Assembly: GCA_037189525.1 (NCBI GenBank)
Contig: JBBCJC010000011.1
Span: forward strand, 1-64,000
Source of the DNA: Gemmatimonadales bacterium
GTDB lineage: Bacteria; Gemmatimonadota; Gemmatimonadetes; Gemmatimonadales; GWC2-71-9
Reading direction: 5' to 3'
DNA length: 64,000 bases
Positions 40,200 through 49,865 of the stretch are shown here, in pieces. Within the stretch, counting starts at the first letter, position 1; each line of letters starts with the position of its first letter. A program made the translations under genes and the position numbers. A model generated the notes under the pieces. The model was not told the DNA's origin and did no database searches. It saw nothing but the letters and a program-made list of their open reading frames with translations.

Positions 40200-41405
40200 T
40201 TACTCCGAGGCGTGCATCAGCGGCGGGGCAGAGGTAAAGAAGTCCCGGTAGAACGCCGCCTGATATTCGTCGACCAGCGACTCGACCCGGTCGTGCTTGG
40301 CGGCCGCGACGATCAGCCCCGCATGGTGGCGCTTGGTCAGCCGCCAGGCGACTTCGGGAGCATCATAGCCCGAAAGGTCGGGCCATTCCTGCTTGGCAAG
40401 CGACAGCACCAGACCGGCGTAGTGCTTCTTGAACGGCATCACCAGGTACGGCTCGTTGGCTTCCCGGCACTCCAGCTTGGCCCATTCGCTCCAGAGATTG
40501 AGGCCGGTGGCGCACTCGACCATATCCACGATGTGGGCGCCGCCGACGCGGGCCGAGGTTTCCAGAAAGAAGAAACGCCCGTCCGGATGCCGGATGAACT
40601 CGGTATGCGAAACGCCCTGCTTGAGGCCGAGTGCCTTGAGGAGCTGCTGATTGAAGGTGAGGAGCGACCGTTCCTCGCGGCTCCGGCGCCGGAGGGTCCG
40701 GGAGGAGAACACCCGCCCTTCGTGCGCCGCTTCCAGCGGGGGCGTTCCGTACTGGCTCGCCAGAGCAAAGCGGACCCGATGGTCGGCCACGATCGAATCG
40801 ACGTGGAAGACCTCGCCGGGAATGAACTGCTCGAGCAGATAGAGCGATTGCTCGTCTCCCAGCGCATCGAGCACCGGCCACAGGTCCTCGCCCGAGTCGA
40901 TCTTTCGGATCCCGATGGCGGCGGCCATGAAGCGCGGCTTGAGCACGTAGGGCCCGGGGTGCGCCTGGAGGAACGCCTTGATTTCGTCGTAATTGATGAT
41001 GGGCACGAATGCGGGAATGGCCAGGCCGGCGCTGCTCGCTTTGGCGCGCATAGCGAGCTTGTCCCGAAAGTACCGGGCCGTCGTGTCGCCCATGCCGGGG
41101 ACTCGCAGATGTTCACGCAGGGCCGCGGCCTTCTCGACGTCGAAGTCGTCGAGGGCCACGATCCGGTCGATCTTGACGGTGCGCGCGAGCCAGCTCACCG
41201 CTTTGATGACATCGGCCATGTCCCAGCGATTGTCGACGTCGGGCATATAGTAGACGTCGTCGAGCGATTCCCGCGGCCAGTCGGCGTGCTCGAGACTCTT
41301 CGAGGTCAGCAGTAACACTCTGGCGCCCAACCGCTTGGCGGCGACCAGGAAGGCGTCGCCTTTGCGATAGCTTGCCAGGCACAGGACAGTGAGCGGACGG
41401 TGCAT
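40200..41405 (-). CDS. ATP-grasp domain protein
   Basis: FRDKLAMR, YVLKP, LEQFIPG, HTEFI, FFFLETSARVGG. Confidence 0.88.
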   Translation of the reverse strand: MHRPLTVLCLASYRKGDAFLVAAKRLGARVLLLTSKSLEHADWPRESLDDVYYMPDVDNRWDMADVIKAVSWLARTVKIDRIVALDDFDVEKAAALREHLRVPGMGDTTARYFRDKLAMRAKASSAGLAIPAFVPIINYDEIKAFLQAHPGPYVLKPRFMAAAIGIRKIDSGEDLWPVLDALGDEQSLYLLEQFIPGEVFHVDSIVADHRVRFALASQYGTPPLEAAHEGRVFSSRTLRRRSREERSLLTFNQQLLKALGLKQGVSHTEFIRHPDGRFFFLETSARVGGAHIVDMVECATGLNLWSEWAKLECREANEPYLVMPFKKHYAGLVLSLAKQEWPDLSGYDAPEVAWRLTKRHHAGLIVAAAKHDRVESLVDEYQAAFYRDFFTSAPPLMHASE

Positions 41406-41532
41406 TGGGCGCTCCGGAGGGAGACACGAGATACCCTCGCGAACCTTAGTCGGATTCTGCGGGCCGTCAACGCGTTCGCGCCGGCCTCGGCGCTCCGGAA
41501 CCCGGTCTCGATCCTCCATCCGTGCGGCAGGA

Positions 41533-41562
41533 TTGAAGGCGATGGAGGTTCGGGCTATGTTC
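41533..41562 (+). promoter_or_regulatory. sigma70-like uvrA promoter with overlapping GTTC-N7-GTTC
   Basis: TTGAAG-N17-TATGTT ending 8 nt before ATG; GTTC at 41548 and 41559. Confidence 0.55.
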
Positions 41563-41569
41563 AGGGGTT

Positions 41570-44425
41570 ATGGCGCAAGAATTTCTGCGGGTCCGTGGTG
41601 CGCGCGAGCACAATCTCAAGAACATCTCCGTTTCGATTCCCCGTAACCAGCTGACGGTCATCACCGGCCTGTCCGGGTCCGGAAAATCGTCGCTGGCGTT
41701 CGACACCATCTACGCCGAGGGGCAGCGGCGGTACGTCGAGTCGCTGTCGGCCTACGCCCGGCAGTTCCTCGGCCTGATGGAAAAGCCCGACGTCGATGCC
41801 ATCGAGGGTCTCTCGCCGGCCATTTCGATCGAACAGAAGTCGACCGGGAACAATCCCCGCTCGACGGTCGGCACGGTAACGGAGATCTACGACTACATGC
41901 GCCTGCTCTGGGCGCGCGCGGGTGTGCCGCACTGTCCGAATGACGGGTCGCCAGTGACCCGGTCCAGTGCCAGCCAGATTACCGAGGCGGTTCTGGGCTG
42001 GCCCGAGGGCACCCGGATCGAGGTGCTGGGCCCGATCGTTCGGGGCCGGAAAGGCGAGTTCCGTGAACTCTTCGACGACCTGGCCAAGCGCGGGTTCGTC
42101 AGGGCCCGGGTCGACGGCACCGTCTACGAGCTTGGTGCTGTTCCCAAACTCAACCGCCGCCAGAATCACGACGTGGCCGTCATGGTCGACCGGCTGGTGG
42201 TGCGGGAACAGGATCGGAGCCGGCTGGCCGACTCGATCGAAACGGCGCTCAAAGCGGCGGACGGGATCGTCGAGTTCATTCGCTACGATCGCGGGGCGTC
42301 GGAGGGCGAGTCGGTCCTTTTTTCGGAACGGTTTGCCTGTCCCAAGTGCGGCCTGTCGATGCCCGAACTCGAGCCGCGCCAATTCTCGTTCAACTCGCCC
42401 TTCGGGGTGTGCCCCGATTGCCACGGGCTGGGCACCCGTCGCGAAGCGGTGACCGAATTGGTCTTGGGCGACCCATCGATTTCGATTCTCGAAGGGGTCG
42501 TGCTTCCCTGGGGCGAGCCAAGCGGCTACCTGCGCAAATCGATTTTGCCGACCTTGGCCAAGGCGTTCAAGTTCGATCTCCATAGCCCCTGGAAGTCGCT
42601 GCCCGCGGCCGCGAAGGATATGCTGCTGCACGGCGTGTCCAACAAGACCTTCAAGTTCAAGATGGAAGGCGGGAAATTCAAAGGCGAGTACGAGACGGGC
42701 TGGGAGGGCATTCTCAAGAACGTCGAGCGCCGCTTTTACGAAACCCAGAGCGACACGGTCCGGCAGCAGCTGGGCGACTTCATGGTGGAGATGCCCTGTC
42801 GCACCTGTCAGGGGCGCCGCCTCAAGCCCGAGAGTCTGGCCGTCTTGCTGCACGGCAAGAGTATCGGCGAGGTGGTCGACTATGCGGTCGACGATGCGCT
42901 CGCGTTCTTCGACGGGATTCCAGTCGCGCGGGGGCGGGCCGGGGCGATCGACCCGGAAATCGGCGCGCCGATCCTCAAGGAAATCCACGATCGGCTCTCC
43001 TTCCTGCGGGACGTCGGTCTCGAGTACCTCACGCTGGGCCGCGGGGCGGGAAGCCTCTCGGGCGGTGAAGCGCAACGAATCCGGCTGGCGACCCAGATCG
43101 GGTCGCGCCTGGTGGGCGTCCTCTATATCCTCGACGAGCCCAGCATCGGGCTCCATCAGCGCGACAACGACCGGTTGCTCAACACGCTTCGGGAGTTGCG
43201 CGATCTGGGCAACACGGTCCTGGTGGTCGAGCACGATGAAGACACCATCCGCGCGGCCGACTACGTCGTCGATCTGGGGCCGCGGGCCGGACGCTTCGGC
43301 GGTGAGATCGTGGTTGCCGGCAGTGTCGAGGACGTGGAGCGCCATCCCGATTCGCTGACCGGCCGCTACCTGCGCGGCGAGCTGCGGATTCCGGTGCCGG
43401 CCACCCGACGATCGATTACGCCTTCACGAAAGCTGCGCATCGTCGGGGCTCGCGCCAACAATCTCAAGAACCTGACCGTCGACATCCCGCTCGGCGTCTT
43501 TGCCGTGGTGACTGGGGTATCGGGGTCGGGCAAGTCGACTCTGATCACCGACATCCTCTATCAGTCCCTGGCACGGCAGTTCTATCGGGCCAAGGTCGTG
43601 CCGGGCGCGCACAAGACCATCGACGGGTTGCAGCACCTGGACAAAGTCATCGACATCGACCAGAGCCCGATCGGCCGGACGCCGCGGTCCAACCCGGCGA
43701 CCTATACCGGTCTGTTTACCCCGATCCGCGAGCTGTTTGCGCAGCTGCCGGAAGCGAAGATACGCGGGTACGGCCCCGGGCGGTTCTCCTTCAACGTCAA
43801 AGGCGGCCGCTGCGAGTCGTGCGAAGGCGACGGGCTGGTCAAGATCGAGATGCATTTCCTGCCCGACGTCTATGTCGCGTGCGAAGTCTGCAAAGGACGC
43901 CGCTACAATCGGGAAACTCTGGAAGTGCGCTATCGGGGCCGCAGCATTGCCGATGTGCTCGAACTGACGGTGGCCGACGGGCTGGACTTTTTCAGCGCGC
44001 AGGGCCGGATCCGCGACAAGCTCGAACTGCTCAACGATGTCGGCCTGGGCTACCTCCATCTGGGCCAGTCGGCGACGACCTTGTCCGGAGGCGAAGCGCA
44101 GCGGGTCAAGCTCGCCACCGAACTCTCCAAGCGCGACACCGGGCGCACCCTGTACATCCTGGATGAGCCGACCACCGGGCTCCATTTCGAAGACGTCCGG
44201 CTCCTGCTCGATGTATTGCACCGGCTGGTCGACAAGGGCAACAGCGTTCTCGTCATCGAACACAACCTCGACGTCATCAAAACGGCGGACTGGATCGTCG
44301 ACATGGGGCCCGAAGGGGGCGCCAAGGGCGGACGTGTCGTGGCGGCCGGGACGCCCGAGGCGGTGGCGCAGGTGGCGGAGAGCCATACCGGACACTTCTT
44401 GCGCCGGCTCGTTGCAGCGGGCTAG
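41570..44425 (+). CDS. uvrA: Excinuclease ABC subunit A
   Basis: [23 protein letters not shown], two LSGGEAQR, zinc fingers. Confidence 0.98.
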   Translation: MAQEFLRVRGAREHNLKNISVSIPRNQLTVITGLSGSGKSSLAFDTIYAEGQRRYVESLSAYARQFLGLMEKPDVDAIEGLSPAISIEQKSTGNNPRSTVGTVTEIYDYMRLLWARAGVPHCPNDGSPVTRSSASQITEAVLGWPEGTRIEVLGPIVRGRKGEFRELFDDLAKRGFVRARVDGTVYELGAVPKLNRRQNHDVAVMVDRLVVREQDRSRLADSIETALKAADGIVEFIRYDRGASEGESVLFSERFACPKCGLSMPELEPRQFSFNSPFGVCPDCHGLGTRREAVTELVLGDPSISILEGVVLPWGEPSGYLRKSILPTLAKAFKFDLHSPWKSLPAAAKDMLLHGVSNKTFKFKMEGGKFKGEYETGWEGILKNVERRFYETQSDTVRQQLGDFMVEMPCRTCQGRRLKPESLAVLLHGKSIGEVVDYAVDDALAFFDGIPVARGRAGAIDPEIGAPILKEIHDRLSFLRDVGLEYLTLGRGAGSLSGGEAQRIRLATQIGSRLVGVLYILDEPSIGLHQRDNDRLLNTLRELRDLGNTVLVVEHDEDTIRAADYVVDLGPRAGRFGGEIVVAGSVEDVERHPDSLTGRYLRGELRIPVPATRRSITPSRKLRIVGARANNLKNLTVDIPLGVFAVVTGVSGSGKSTLITDILYQSLARQFYRAKVVPGAHKTIDGLQHLDKVIDIDQSPIGRTPRSNPATYTGLFTPIRELFAQLPEAKIRGYGPGRFSFNVKGGRCESCEGDGLVKIEMHFLPDVYVACEVCKGRRYNRETLEVRYRGRSIADVLELTVADGLDFFSAQGRIRDKLELLNDVGLGYLHLGQSATTLSGGEAQRVKLATELSKRDTGRTLYILDEPTTGLHFEDVRLLLDVLHRLVDKGNSVLVIEHNLDVIKTADWIVDMGPEGGAKGGRVVAAGTPEAVAQVAESHTGHFLRRLVAAG

Positions 44426-44474
44426 GCTTGGACGGTGGTTGCGGACGTAACTCTGGCTGATTTCGAGGTCTCCT

Positions 44475-46739
44475 GTGGATAGACGATTTGTCCTGACGAT
44501 GTCGCTGCTGCTCGTACCGGCTCTGGTAACCGCGCAGCAGGTCGACCGGCGCGCGGATCCGTCGCTGGTCACGGTCCAGCGGGTGTACGGGAGCGCGGAC
44601 TTCCAGCCGGAGCGGTTCGGACCGACCCGGTGGCTGGGCGACGGGTCATCGTACACCACACTCGAGACGAGCGTGAGCGGCGGCGGGCGGGACATCGTGC
44701 GCTATGACACCCAAACCGGCGCGCGTGAGGTCTTGATTCCGGCGTCGCAGTTGATTCCGTCGGGCGCCAACGCCCCGCTCACCATCGAGGACTATCACTG
44801 GGGTCCCGGGCAGCGGAAGCTGCTCGTCTACACCAACTCGAAACAGGTCTGGCGTCTCAATACCCGCGGCGACTATTGGGTGCTCGACCGCGCGTCGGGC
44901 CGGCTCAGCAAGCTGGGCGGCGATGCGGAGCCGTCGACGCTGATGTATGCCAAGTTCGATCCCGCCGGTGAGCGGGTCGGCTACGTCCGCAACAACAACA
45001 TCTACGTCGAAGATCTCGCGACCGGCGCGATTACCCAGCTGACGCACGACGGCAGCCGCACGGTCATCAACGGCAACTTCGACTGGGTCTACGAAGAAGA
45101 ACTGTCGCTGCACGACGGGTGGCGCTGGAGTCCCGATGGAACCCGGATCGCGTACTGGCAGCTCGAGGCCGACCGGGTCCGGGACTTTCTGATGTATCGG
45201 ACCACCGATTCGCTCTACTCCTCGATGGTGCCCGTTCAGTATCCCAAGGCGGGTGAAGACAACTCGGCGGTTCGGATCGGTGTCGTGCTGGCTACCGGGG
45301 GGGCCACTCGCTGGCTCGATATCGAGGGCGACCCGCGCAACATCTATCTGGCCCGGATGGAGTGGGCGGCGTCGAGCGACGAACTGGTGGTGCAACGGCT
45401 CAATCGGTTGCAGAATCGGCTCGACCTCCTGATGGCCGACGCCCGGAGCGGTGCGGTGCGCACCATTCTCACCGAGCAGGATTCGGCCTGGGTCGAGGTG
45501 GTCGACGACCTGGTCTGGCTCGATGGCGGCAAGTCGTTTACCTGGGTGAGCGAGCGCGACGGCTGGACCAAGGCCTATGTGGTGTCGCGAGACGGCCGTC
45601 AGGTGCGCGCGATCACGCCGGGGGCCTATGACGTAATCGGCATCCGCGCCGTCGACGAGCGGGGTGGCTGGCTCTATTTCATCGCGTCGCCGGACAATCC
45701 GACGCAGCGGTACCTCTATCGGGTCCGGCTCGACGGCAAAGGCAAGCTCGAACGGGTCTCGCCAGCCGGGCAGCAGGGCACCCACGTCTATAATCTCTCG
45801 CCCGATGCGCGCTGGGCCATCCATACCTTTTCGAAGTTCGGCACGCCGCCGGTGATGGCGCTGGTTCGCTTGCCGACGCATCAGACCGTCCGCACCGTGG
45901 TGACCAACACCAAGCTTGCTGCGCAGGTCGACGCGTTGCGGCGGGGGCAGGCGTCGTTTGAGCGGGTCGATATCGGGGGCGGAATCCAACTCGATGCCTG
46001 GATCATGCGGCCGCCCGGGTTCGATTCGACGAAGCGTTATCCGATTCTGTTCTCGATCTATGGCGGGCCCGGATCGCAAACGGTGCTCGACAGCTGGGGT
46101 GGCGCCAACTACCTCTGGCATCTGAGTCTGACGCAGCGGGGCATCGTGGTGGCCAGCGTGGACAACCGGGGCAGCGGGGCCCGCGGTCGCGACTGGCGCA
46201 AGATCGTCTACGGCCGTCTCGGCGTGATCGAGACGCAGGATCAGGCTGCCGCGGCGCAGGCGTTCGCCAAGAAATCGTGGATCGATCCGACCCGGATGGG
46301 GATCTTCGGCTGGAGCTACGGCGGGTTCATGAGCCTGAACGGTCTGTTCCAGGCGCCGGATGTGTATTCGACCGCTGTTTCGGTGGCGCCGGTGACCCAC
46401 TGGAAGTATTACGATACCATCTACACCGAGCGCTACAACGGGCTGCCCCAACAGAACGCGGCCGGGTATGATCAGGGGTCGCCCTTGTCGTATGTCGATC
46501 GGATGAAGGGCAACCTGCTGTTGGTCCATGGCACCGGCGACGACAACGTGCACTATCAGAACACCGAGTCGTTGATCGATGCGCTGGTGGCGGCCAACAA
46601 GCAGTTCCGGCTGATGTCCTATCCCAATCGGAACCACTCGATTTCCGGGGGCACCACGTCGGTCCACCTGCGGACCATGATTTCGGATTATCTGGTCGAG
46701 AAGCTCACACCGGCAGAGCCGCCCCCGGCCCGCCCCTGA
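44475..46739 (+). CDS. Dipeptidyl peptidase IV (S9B)
   Basis: Signal peptide, DWVYEEE, YPKAG, GWSYGG, DDNVH, NHSI. Confidence 0.94.
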   Translation: MDRRFVLTMSLLLVPALVTAQQVDRRADPSLVTVQRVYGSADFQPERFGPTRWLGDGSSYTTLETSVSGGGRDIVRYDTQTGAREVLIPASQLIPSGANAPLTIEDYHWGPGQRKLLVYTNSKQVWRLNTRGDYWVLDRASGRLSKLGGDAEPSTLMYAKFDPAGERVGYVRNNNIYVEDLATGAITQLTHDGSRTVINGNFDWVYEEELSLHDGWRWSPDGTRIAYWQLEADRVRDFLMYRTTDSLYSSMVPVQYPKAGEDNSAVRIGVVLATGGATRWLDIEGDPRNIYLARMEWAASSDELVVQRLNRLQNRLDLLMADARSGAVRTILTEQDSAWVEVVDDLVWLDGGKSFTWVSERDGWTKAYVVSRDGRQVRAITPGAYDVIGIRAVDERGGWLYFIASPDNPTQRYLYRVRLDGKGKLERVSPAGQQGTHVYNLSPDARWAIHTFSKFGTPPVMALVRLPTHQTVRTVVTNTKLAAQVDALRRGQASFERVDIGGGIQLDAWIMRPPGFDSTKRYPILFSIYGGPGSQTVLDSWGGANYLWHLSLTQRGIVVASVDNRGSGARGRDWRKIVYGRLGVIETQDQAAAAQAFAKKSWIDPTRMGIFGWSYGGFMSLNGLFQAPDVYSTAVSVAPVTHWKYYDTIYTERYNGLPQQNAAGYDQGSPLSYVDRMKGNLLLVHGTGDDNVHYQNTESLIDALVAANKQFRLMSYPNRNHSISGGTTSVHLRTMISDYLVEKLTPAEPPPARP

Positions 46740-46770
46740 GGCTGGGATGGCCGGAACCGTCCGGTCGACC

Positions 46771-46797
46771 TGAAACATTTTGCAACGTCGGGTCGTA
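46771..46797 (+). promoter_or_regulatory. ECF sigma (SigW-like) promoter of the psp operon
   Basis: TGAAAC-N17-CGTA, 38 nt before ATG 46836. Confidence 0.6.
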
Positions 46798-46835
46798 GGC
46801 AGAGCAATCGTCCCAGAGTGAGGATTACGAAAGCG

Positions 46836-47129
46836 ATGGCCAACCCCGATATCGTCGTCCCGGTTTTCGGAATGATCACGGGCATCCTGACGACCGGGGC
46901 CCTCGCCTGGGGGATGGTCAGAGTGTTCCAGGGTCCGGTGGGGCAGGCCCTGGCACGGCGGATCCAGGGACGGGGCAGCGCGCCGGAGCCCGAGCTTCTC
47001 CATGAAATCGACGATCTGCGACTGCAGGTCGATCAGATGCAGCAGCGGCTGACCGAAGCCGAGGAACGGCTCGATTTCAGTGAACGGTTGCTGGCGCAGC
47101 GGTCGTCGGGGGAGAGCGGGCGGTTCTGA
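46836..47129 (+). CDS. Small TM + coiled-coil protein, paralog 1 (PspB-like architecture)
   Basis: TM, GPVGQALARRI, EAEERLDFSERLLAQ; alternative GTG start at 46818. Confidence 0.85.
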   Translation: MANPDIVVPVFGMITGILTTGALAWGMVRVFQGPVGQALARRIQGRGSAPEPELLHEIDDLRLQVDQMQQRLTEAEERLDFSERLLAQRSSGESGRF

Positions 47130-47172
47130 GGGCGGCCCACCGGACGGTGATGTCTCGAGGACGGGAGGAACG

Positions 47173-47433
47173 ATGGAAGGGATTCTGGCGATTCTGCTCA
47201 TCTTCGGCGGCGGTACGCTCGGCGTCTTGGCGTACAGTCCGATCGGGAAGGCCTTTGCGGCACGGATCCGGGGAGACCAGTTGCCGCCGGAAACCGATCC
47301 CGCGGTCCTGGAAGAACTCGATCGGGTCAGGCACGAATTGGCGGAGTTGGCGGAACGGGTAGATTTCGCGGAGCGCCTGCTTGCGAATCGGGGCGAAGCA
47401 CCGGTGTCGAGACTGCCGGAGGTGGGGTCATGA
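47173..47433 (+). CDS. Small TM + coiled-coil protein, paralog 2
   Basis: GGAGG RBS; TM, SPIGKAFAARI, ELAERVDFAERLLAN. Confidence 0.85.
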   Translation: MEGILAILLIFGGGTLGVLAYSPIGKAFAARIRGDQLPPETDPAVLEELDRVRHELAELAERVDFAERLLANRGEAPVSRLPEVGS

Positions 47434-47816
47434 TGCAGGTCGTCGTTCAGGTGCCGAATCCACCTCAGCCGCCGGACGTGTCGGTGATCGTGGCGCAGCC
47501 GCCTGACCTGCCGCCGTTTCCCCCGTTCCCGCCGGGCGGCCCGCCCGAGGCACTCATTATTGCGGGTGTCGTGATCGTCGGGATCATCGTCGCCGGCATC
47601 GTGTTCGGACCGTTGCTCCGGGCGTATGCCCGTCGGATCGAGGGCAAGGGCGCCGATGCGCAGCTTGCGACCGAGGTGGACCAGCTTCGGATCCGGGTAG
47701 CCGAGCTCGAGTCGGTGCAGCATCGGGTCGCCGAATTGGAAGAGCGGGTCGACTTCTCGGAACGCCTGTTGGCCCAGGGGCGTGAGTCCCAGTCGATCGG
47801 CCGGAATCCGGGTTGA
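47430..47816 (+). CDS. Small TM + coiled-coil protein, paralog 3 (Pro-rich N-terminus)
   Basis: ATGA overlap; TM, GPLLRAYARRI, ELEERVDFSERLLAQ. Confidence 0.85.
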   Translation: MMQVVVQVPNPPQPPDVSVIVAQPPDLPPFPPFPPGGPPEALIIAGVVIVGIIVAGIVFGPLLRAYARRIEGKGADAQLATEVDQLRIRVAELESVQHRVAELEERVDFSERLLAQGRESQSIGRNPG

Positions 47817-47818
47817 GT

Positions 47819-48214
47819 ATGTCCTGGTTCCGTAAGCATTTCGGGATGGACGCGATCGATCTCGCCATCCATGCGGTGATGACCGGCACGGTGGCGGCTT
47901 TCGTGGCCGAACTGTTCCGTGGTCCGGCCGACGATGCGATGATCGCGGCCGTGTTGGCCGGATCGCTCGCGGTCTTCTCCTGGCGGCGGCACCGCGGTCT
48001 TGCCAAGCTGGCGCGGACCCCCGAGGGGCTCACCACGGGGCAGATGGCTGCCGCCCGGCTGGAAGAGTTGGAGCAGCGGGTTGCCGATCTCGAAGCGGCG
48101 GAAGCCCGCGTCCTGGAGCTGGAAGAGCGGCTCGACTTTACCGAGCGCCTCCTGGCCCGGACAGCCGACCAGGCGGCCATCGCTCCGGTCGCACGCGGAG
48201 ATCACCATGGGTGA
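47819..48214 (+). CDS. Small 2-TM + coiled-coil protein, paralog 4
   Basis: Two hydrophobic segments, GLTTGQMAAAR, ELEERLDFTERLLAR. Confidence 0.85.
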   Translation: MSWFRKHFGMDAIDLAIHAVMTGTVAAFVAELFRGPADDAMIAAVLAGSLAVFSWRRHRGLAKLARTPEGLTTGQMAAARLEELEQRVADLEAAEARVLELEERLDFTERLLARTADQAAIAPVARGDHHG

Positions 48215-48479
48215 GCTGGGCTTTTTCGCCTTGTTCGGCGCGATTGCGGCCATCGGGGCATCGCTCTTTCTCGGTCCGATCGGGCAGGCCATCGCGCGCC
48301 GGATCGCGGGTACCCCGCCCAAGGGCCGGGACGGACTCTCCACCGGCGAGATGGCCGCCGAGCGGGTTGCTGGGCTGGAGGCGAGAGTGGTCGAGCTGGA
48401 GGAGCGCCTCGACTTCACGGAGCGGTTGCTGGCGCAGGGTAACGGCGAGCCGTCGGCCTTACCCGACCGGACGCCCTGA
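48207..48479 (+). CDS. Small TM + coiled-coil protein, paralog 5
   Basis: GGAG RBS; TM, GPIGQAIARRI, GLSTGEMAAER, ELEERLDFTERLLAQ. Confidence 0.85.
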   Translation: MGELGFFALFGAIAAIGASLFLGPIGQAIARRIAGTPPKGRDGLSTGEMAAERVAGLEARVVELEERLDFTERLLAQGNGEPSALPDRTP

Positions 48480-48536
48480 ATTCGGCCAAACGCAGTACAT
48501 TTCTCGCCTCGGTATCGGGGCGGAGGAGGACGGCGC

Positions 48537-48932
48537 ATGGTAACAAAGGACGATCTGCAGACGTTTCTCGACCGGGTCGACGGCGGGGCCGTCGAGGTCC
48601 GGGAGGTCGAGTCCGGACTCTGGCTGGTCCGCACGCAGCAAGGGGCTGAGGTCGTGGTCCACTACTCGCCGCCGGTGGTGATCCTCCGGTTGCGCGTGAT
48701 GGAAGAGCCGGCCGCGGTCGAGCGGCGGAGCGAGCTCTTCCGGCAGTTGCTCGAGCTCAATGCCCGTGACCTGGTCCACGGATCCTACGGGCTCGAGGGT
48801 GATCACATCGTGCTCACCGACACACTGGAGCTCGAGAACCTCGACTATTCGGAGTTCGAGGCGAGCTTCGACTCGCTCACCTTGGCCCTGTCATCGCATC
48901 TGGGCGCTCTGGCGCCGTACCGCGAAAGGTAA
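48537..48932 (+). CDS. CesT/YbjN-like (type III chaperone fold) protein
   Basis: Acidic 131-aa protein; LFRQLLELNARDLVHGSYGL, LENLDYSEF; GGAGG RBS. Confidence 0.8.
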   Translation: MVTKDDLQTFLDRVDGGAVEVREVESGLWLVRTQQGAEVVVHYSPPVVILRLRVMEEPAAVERRSELFRQLLELNARDLVHGSYGLEGDHIVLTDTLELENLDYSEFEASFDSLTLALSSHLGALAPYRER

Positions 48933-48939
48933 GCCGCGA

Positions 48940-49698
48940 ATGGGTATCTTCGAACGTTTTTCGACCATGCTGCGGTCGAACATCAACGACCTCATCAGTC
49001 GGGCCGAGAACCCCGAGAAGATGTTGAATCAGTTGATTCTCGACATGAAGACGCAGCTGGCCAAAGCCAAGCAGGAAGCGGCGGGCGCCATCGCGGACGA
49101 AAAGAAGCTGCAGGCCGACGCCGAAGGGCTCAAGAAGCAGGCGGAGGACTGGGAGCGGCGCGCCATGCTGGCCGTGCAGGAGGGCCGGGACGACCTCGCC
49201 AAGCAGGCGCTGATGCGCTACAACGAGGCCCTGCAAGGTGCGCAGCAGCTGCACGAGACCTGGGCCAAGCACCGCGCCGATACCGAGAACCTGAAGCTCC
49301 AGCTCCGCCAGCTCCACGATAAGATCGAGGAAGCCAAGCGGAAGAAGAACATCCTGGTCGCCCGGGCCAAGCGCGCCGAAGCGCAGCAGCGGATCCAGCA
49401 GACCATGTCGGGGATGTCGGACAAGAGCGCGTTCGAGTCCTTCGATCGGATGGCCGAGAAGATCGAGTCGATCGAGCGGAAGGCGCTCGCGGCCGCCGAA
49501 CTGCAGCAGGAGTTCGAGGGCGACGACCTGACCCAGCAGTTCAAGCAGCTCGAGTACCATGGCTCGTCCGATCAGCAGTTGATCGAACTCAAAGCCAAGA
49601 TGGGACTGCTCAAGGGCGGCAGCGACGAGGCCAAGAAGCTCGGCCGGGGCGAGGCCGTGGTGGATGATCCGGAAGTTCTGGAGGATGATGGCCGATAG
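48940..49698 (+). CDS. pspA: PspA/IM30 (bacterial ESCRT-III) protein
   Basis: MGIFERF..LRSNINDLISRAENPEKML, GRDDLAKQAL, AFESFDRMAEKI, LKAKMG. Confidence 0.94.
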   Translation: MGIFERFSTMLRSNINDLISRAENPEKMLNQLILDMKTQLAKAKQEAAGAIADEKKLQADAEGLKKQAEDWERRAMLAVQEGRDDLAKQALMRYNEALQGAQQLHETWAKHRADTENLKLQLRQLHDKIEEAKRKKNILVARAKRAEAQQRIQQTMSGMSDKSAFESFDRMAEKIESIERKALAAAELQQEFEGDDLTQQFKQLEYHGSSDQQLIELKAKMGLLKGGSDEAKKLGRGEAVVDDPEVLEDDGR

Positions 49699-49712
49699 GC
49701 CCACGCCGTGGA

Positions 49713-49750
49713 AAAATGCAATGAGGGCCATTCGGCCCTCGTTGCATTTT
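49713..49750. terminator. Intrinsic terminator after pspA
   Basis: AAAATGCAATGAGGGCC-ATTC-GGCCCTCGTTGCATTTT. Confidence 0.85.
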
Positions 49751-49766
49751 GTCATCGGCGACCGCC

Positions 49767-49805
49767 TTGACCGCCGCAGGTTATCGAATACAGTTCTGTA
49801 TACGA
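49767..49805 (+). promoter_or_regulatory. Promoter with overlapping palindromic operator
   Basis: TTGACC-N16-TACAGT overlapped by TCGAATACAG-TT-CTGTATACGA (1 mismatch). Confidence 0.6.
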
Positions 49806-49865
49806 ATGAGGCCCGAGCCGGAGATTCCGGCCCGGCAGCCCCCGTTCTAAACCCGTGACCTATAT

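Noticed and set aside
44646..47723. 1025-aa minus-strand ORF
   Set aside because: Antisense shadow of the DPP-IV gene and the small paralogs
46836..48479. Recurrent DNA motif (GAGCGGxTCGACTTC...) as a non-coding repeat array
   Set aside because: Differences are mostly synonymous and each copy is in frame at the end of an ORF; these are protein paralogs
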